DNA of 63,864 nucleotides, the filler included, from Octopus bimaculoides (lineage: Eukaryota), in assembly GCF_001194135.2 (NCBI RefSeq). It is 6 parts of 6 records of this genome, joined end to end, with 100 filler letters (N's around TTAATTAATTAA, not from the genome) between each part and the next. Parts side by side here need not be neighbours in the genome. Positions count along the whole stretch, not along the records: positions 59,833 to 63,864 come from NC_068985.1; 5 more parts are not named here. The stretch is one strand, 5' to 3'. Shown one piece after another: positions 61,919 to 63,864 of this stretch (position 1 is its first letter; every line of letters begins with the position of its first letter). The notes under the pieces were generated by a model that saw only the letters and a list, made by a program, of their open reading frames with translations, searched no databases and was not told where the DNA came from. The translations under genes were made by a program, and so were the position numbers.

Positions 61919-62679
61919 ATCGCATACATAATCATTATGTACCAACTGCATGTTAAACCATTGTGTATATATTCTTTCAAGATGTATTTCAACAGCTTTG
62001 CTATGTCAATGCTTTGTAACGGGTTGAATTTAATCCTGGCTTCCTTGTCCTTTTATCTATACACGCAGCCTTACTCAAACCTGCTTTATCTACCAGCACA
62101 ACTTCAGCCGTTAAAATGTCATCGTGGGCAGTATGCCAAGGGAAGCGACCGATGTTGAGACGGCATGACAACGATTGGAGTCCATAAACGGCTACTGTAG
62201 ACCTGCATAGGTGTCTTCGAGACCCGAAGGCCAAGTAGAATGAAACACCGATTTGTAGACAGGCGTTACCAAGCTGGGTACCGGTTGAAAAACAACAATA
62301 TTGTAAACTTCGAAGAGCATTTCTTTAGGTTTGAAAAAAATTATTGTATTCAAGCGGTTCCAATTGATTCTGCTTAATTTCATAGTTTCAGTGATTGAAA
62401 TTCTCAAGCAATTAATCGGAATATGCAATAAACCGAATTCACTAAACAGGCGATAGATCACTAGACTTCGCTATCTGATTAGCAGTTAAATATGTTATGT
62501 TACACATGACTAGGTTATAAAATGAAACAAAAATACGTCCCTTTACTGACAGTACGTTCTATTGAAGTGCAAATTATTATGCGCGCGCGCACACACACAC
62601 ATACACACATATAAATTCATCAAGGCAGTCTAATGACTGAAACAGGGCAAAGGAAATAAATATATGTAATATACGTATG

Positions 62680-62735
<56 letters not shown>

Positions 62736-63864
62736 NNNNNNNNNNNNNNNNNNNNNNNNNNNNNNNNNNNNNNNNNNNNNNNNNNNNNNNNNNNNNNNNN
62801 NNNNNNNNNNNNNNNNNNNNNNNNNNNNNNNNNNNNNNNNNNNNNNNNNNNNNNNNNNNNNNNNNNNNNNNNNNNNNNNNNNNNNNNNNNNNNNNNNNNN
62901 NNNNNNNNNNNNNNNNNNNNNNNNNNNNNNNNNNNNNNNNNNNNATATATATAGAACTGAGAATGTGTGTCTGTGTTTCTGTAGGTGTGCATCACTAAAA
63001 CTCAAGAACTACCCAACCGGTTTCATTCAAATTTTACACCTGTCTTACTTAGAGTCAATGGGGTGTCATGGGCCCCAAACATTTTCAATTTTTTGCCTAA
63101 TGCGAGCCCGGATCAATCTCTTGTTTCTTAGGCTGTATCGGTATTACGTGTCAATAGTGAAACAATAACATCTCTATTGTAATGTGATATAATACTTTCA
63201 CTATGTAATTACATACATGTTTGTATATGTGTGTGTGTGCGTGTGTGTGTGTGTGTATATATATATATAAAACAATTAGGTTGACGCATATACCACAGTT
63301 AGGTCTTCTGCATTTCTTTATGACGTCTTCAGTGTTGTTGTCGAGCGTACTTGGGCTTGTGTTAGGAGACTTTTCATAGATCACTACTATTACTACCACA
63401 ACAGGTCACTTATAGGTCACTTGACCATTTAAGATTCTTCTTCTTCTTCTTCTTCTTCTTCTTCTTCTTCTTCTTCTTCTTCTTCACCGCCTCCTTCCTC
63501 TGCTACTTCTGCTGCTTAAACAGTCAAAACCAAGAACTCATACAAAATATTAGGACTGCTACTACCTGCTACCGGCTACCAAGCCCTCACAAGAGTAAAA
63601 AAGAGAGGTGGACTGACAGAAAAAAGGGAAAATGTCTCTTGCATTTGAAAACGCCAGTGTTTTAATGGTGGCAGCTGATGAAAGATATGTTCTCGATGTA
63701 GCCTGCGTGTTTTTTGTACCTTGTTTATCATTTTGTTCATGTTTTTTTGCAACGTCATGTACCCAGATATGTATCTATATGTACATATAGATGAAGGTAT
63801 GTACATACATGTACATATATATGCATATACTCATATATTGTACATATATATATATATATATATA

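Noticed and set aside
60800-62470. GC-richer unique-looking segments (60800-61360, 62060-62470)
   Set aside because: All frames are interrupted and no motif was recognised; probably old TE debris, which cannot be determined without a search.

Overview
AT-rich, microsatellite-laden eukaryotic genomic DNA with about 7.4 kb of N gaps. The repeat landscape points to an octopus, probably an Octopus draft scaffold; this is inferred from repeat style, not from a database hit. No intact, identifiable protein-coding gene, rRNA, genuine tRNA gene or CRISPR array is supportable. The window is intronic or intergenic and built from five recurring SINE families (provisional labels A-E; tRNA-like heads seen in A-D), decayed mariner, Penelope-like (PLE), R4/Dong-like and RTE-like elements, piggyBac-type and foldback MITEs, and tandem repeats. 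The best leads are: (1) a short retroposed element joining a tRNA-like Pol III head to a PLE-type minimal hammerhead-ribozyme motif, present once free-standing with a 12-bp TSD (42058-42327) and once directly downstream of a PLE GIY-YIG ORF end (46818-47540); (2) a second, clean minimal hammerhead motif at 37359-37393; (3) a 3.8-kb CpG-saturated CGTA/CGAA satellite organised as nested inverted repeats (51337-55146); (4) a TSD-flanked two-family SINE chimera (12324-12686). A few weak candidate exons (9.9-15.1 kb) could not be assigned to any gene.
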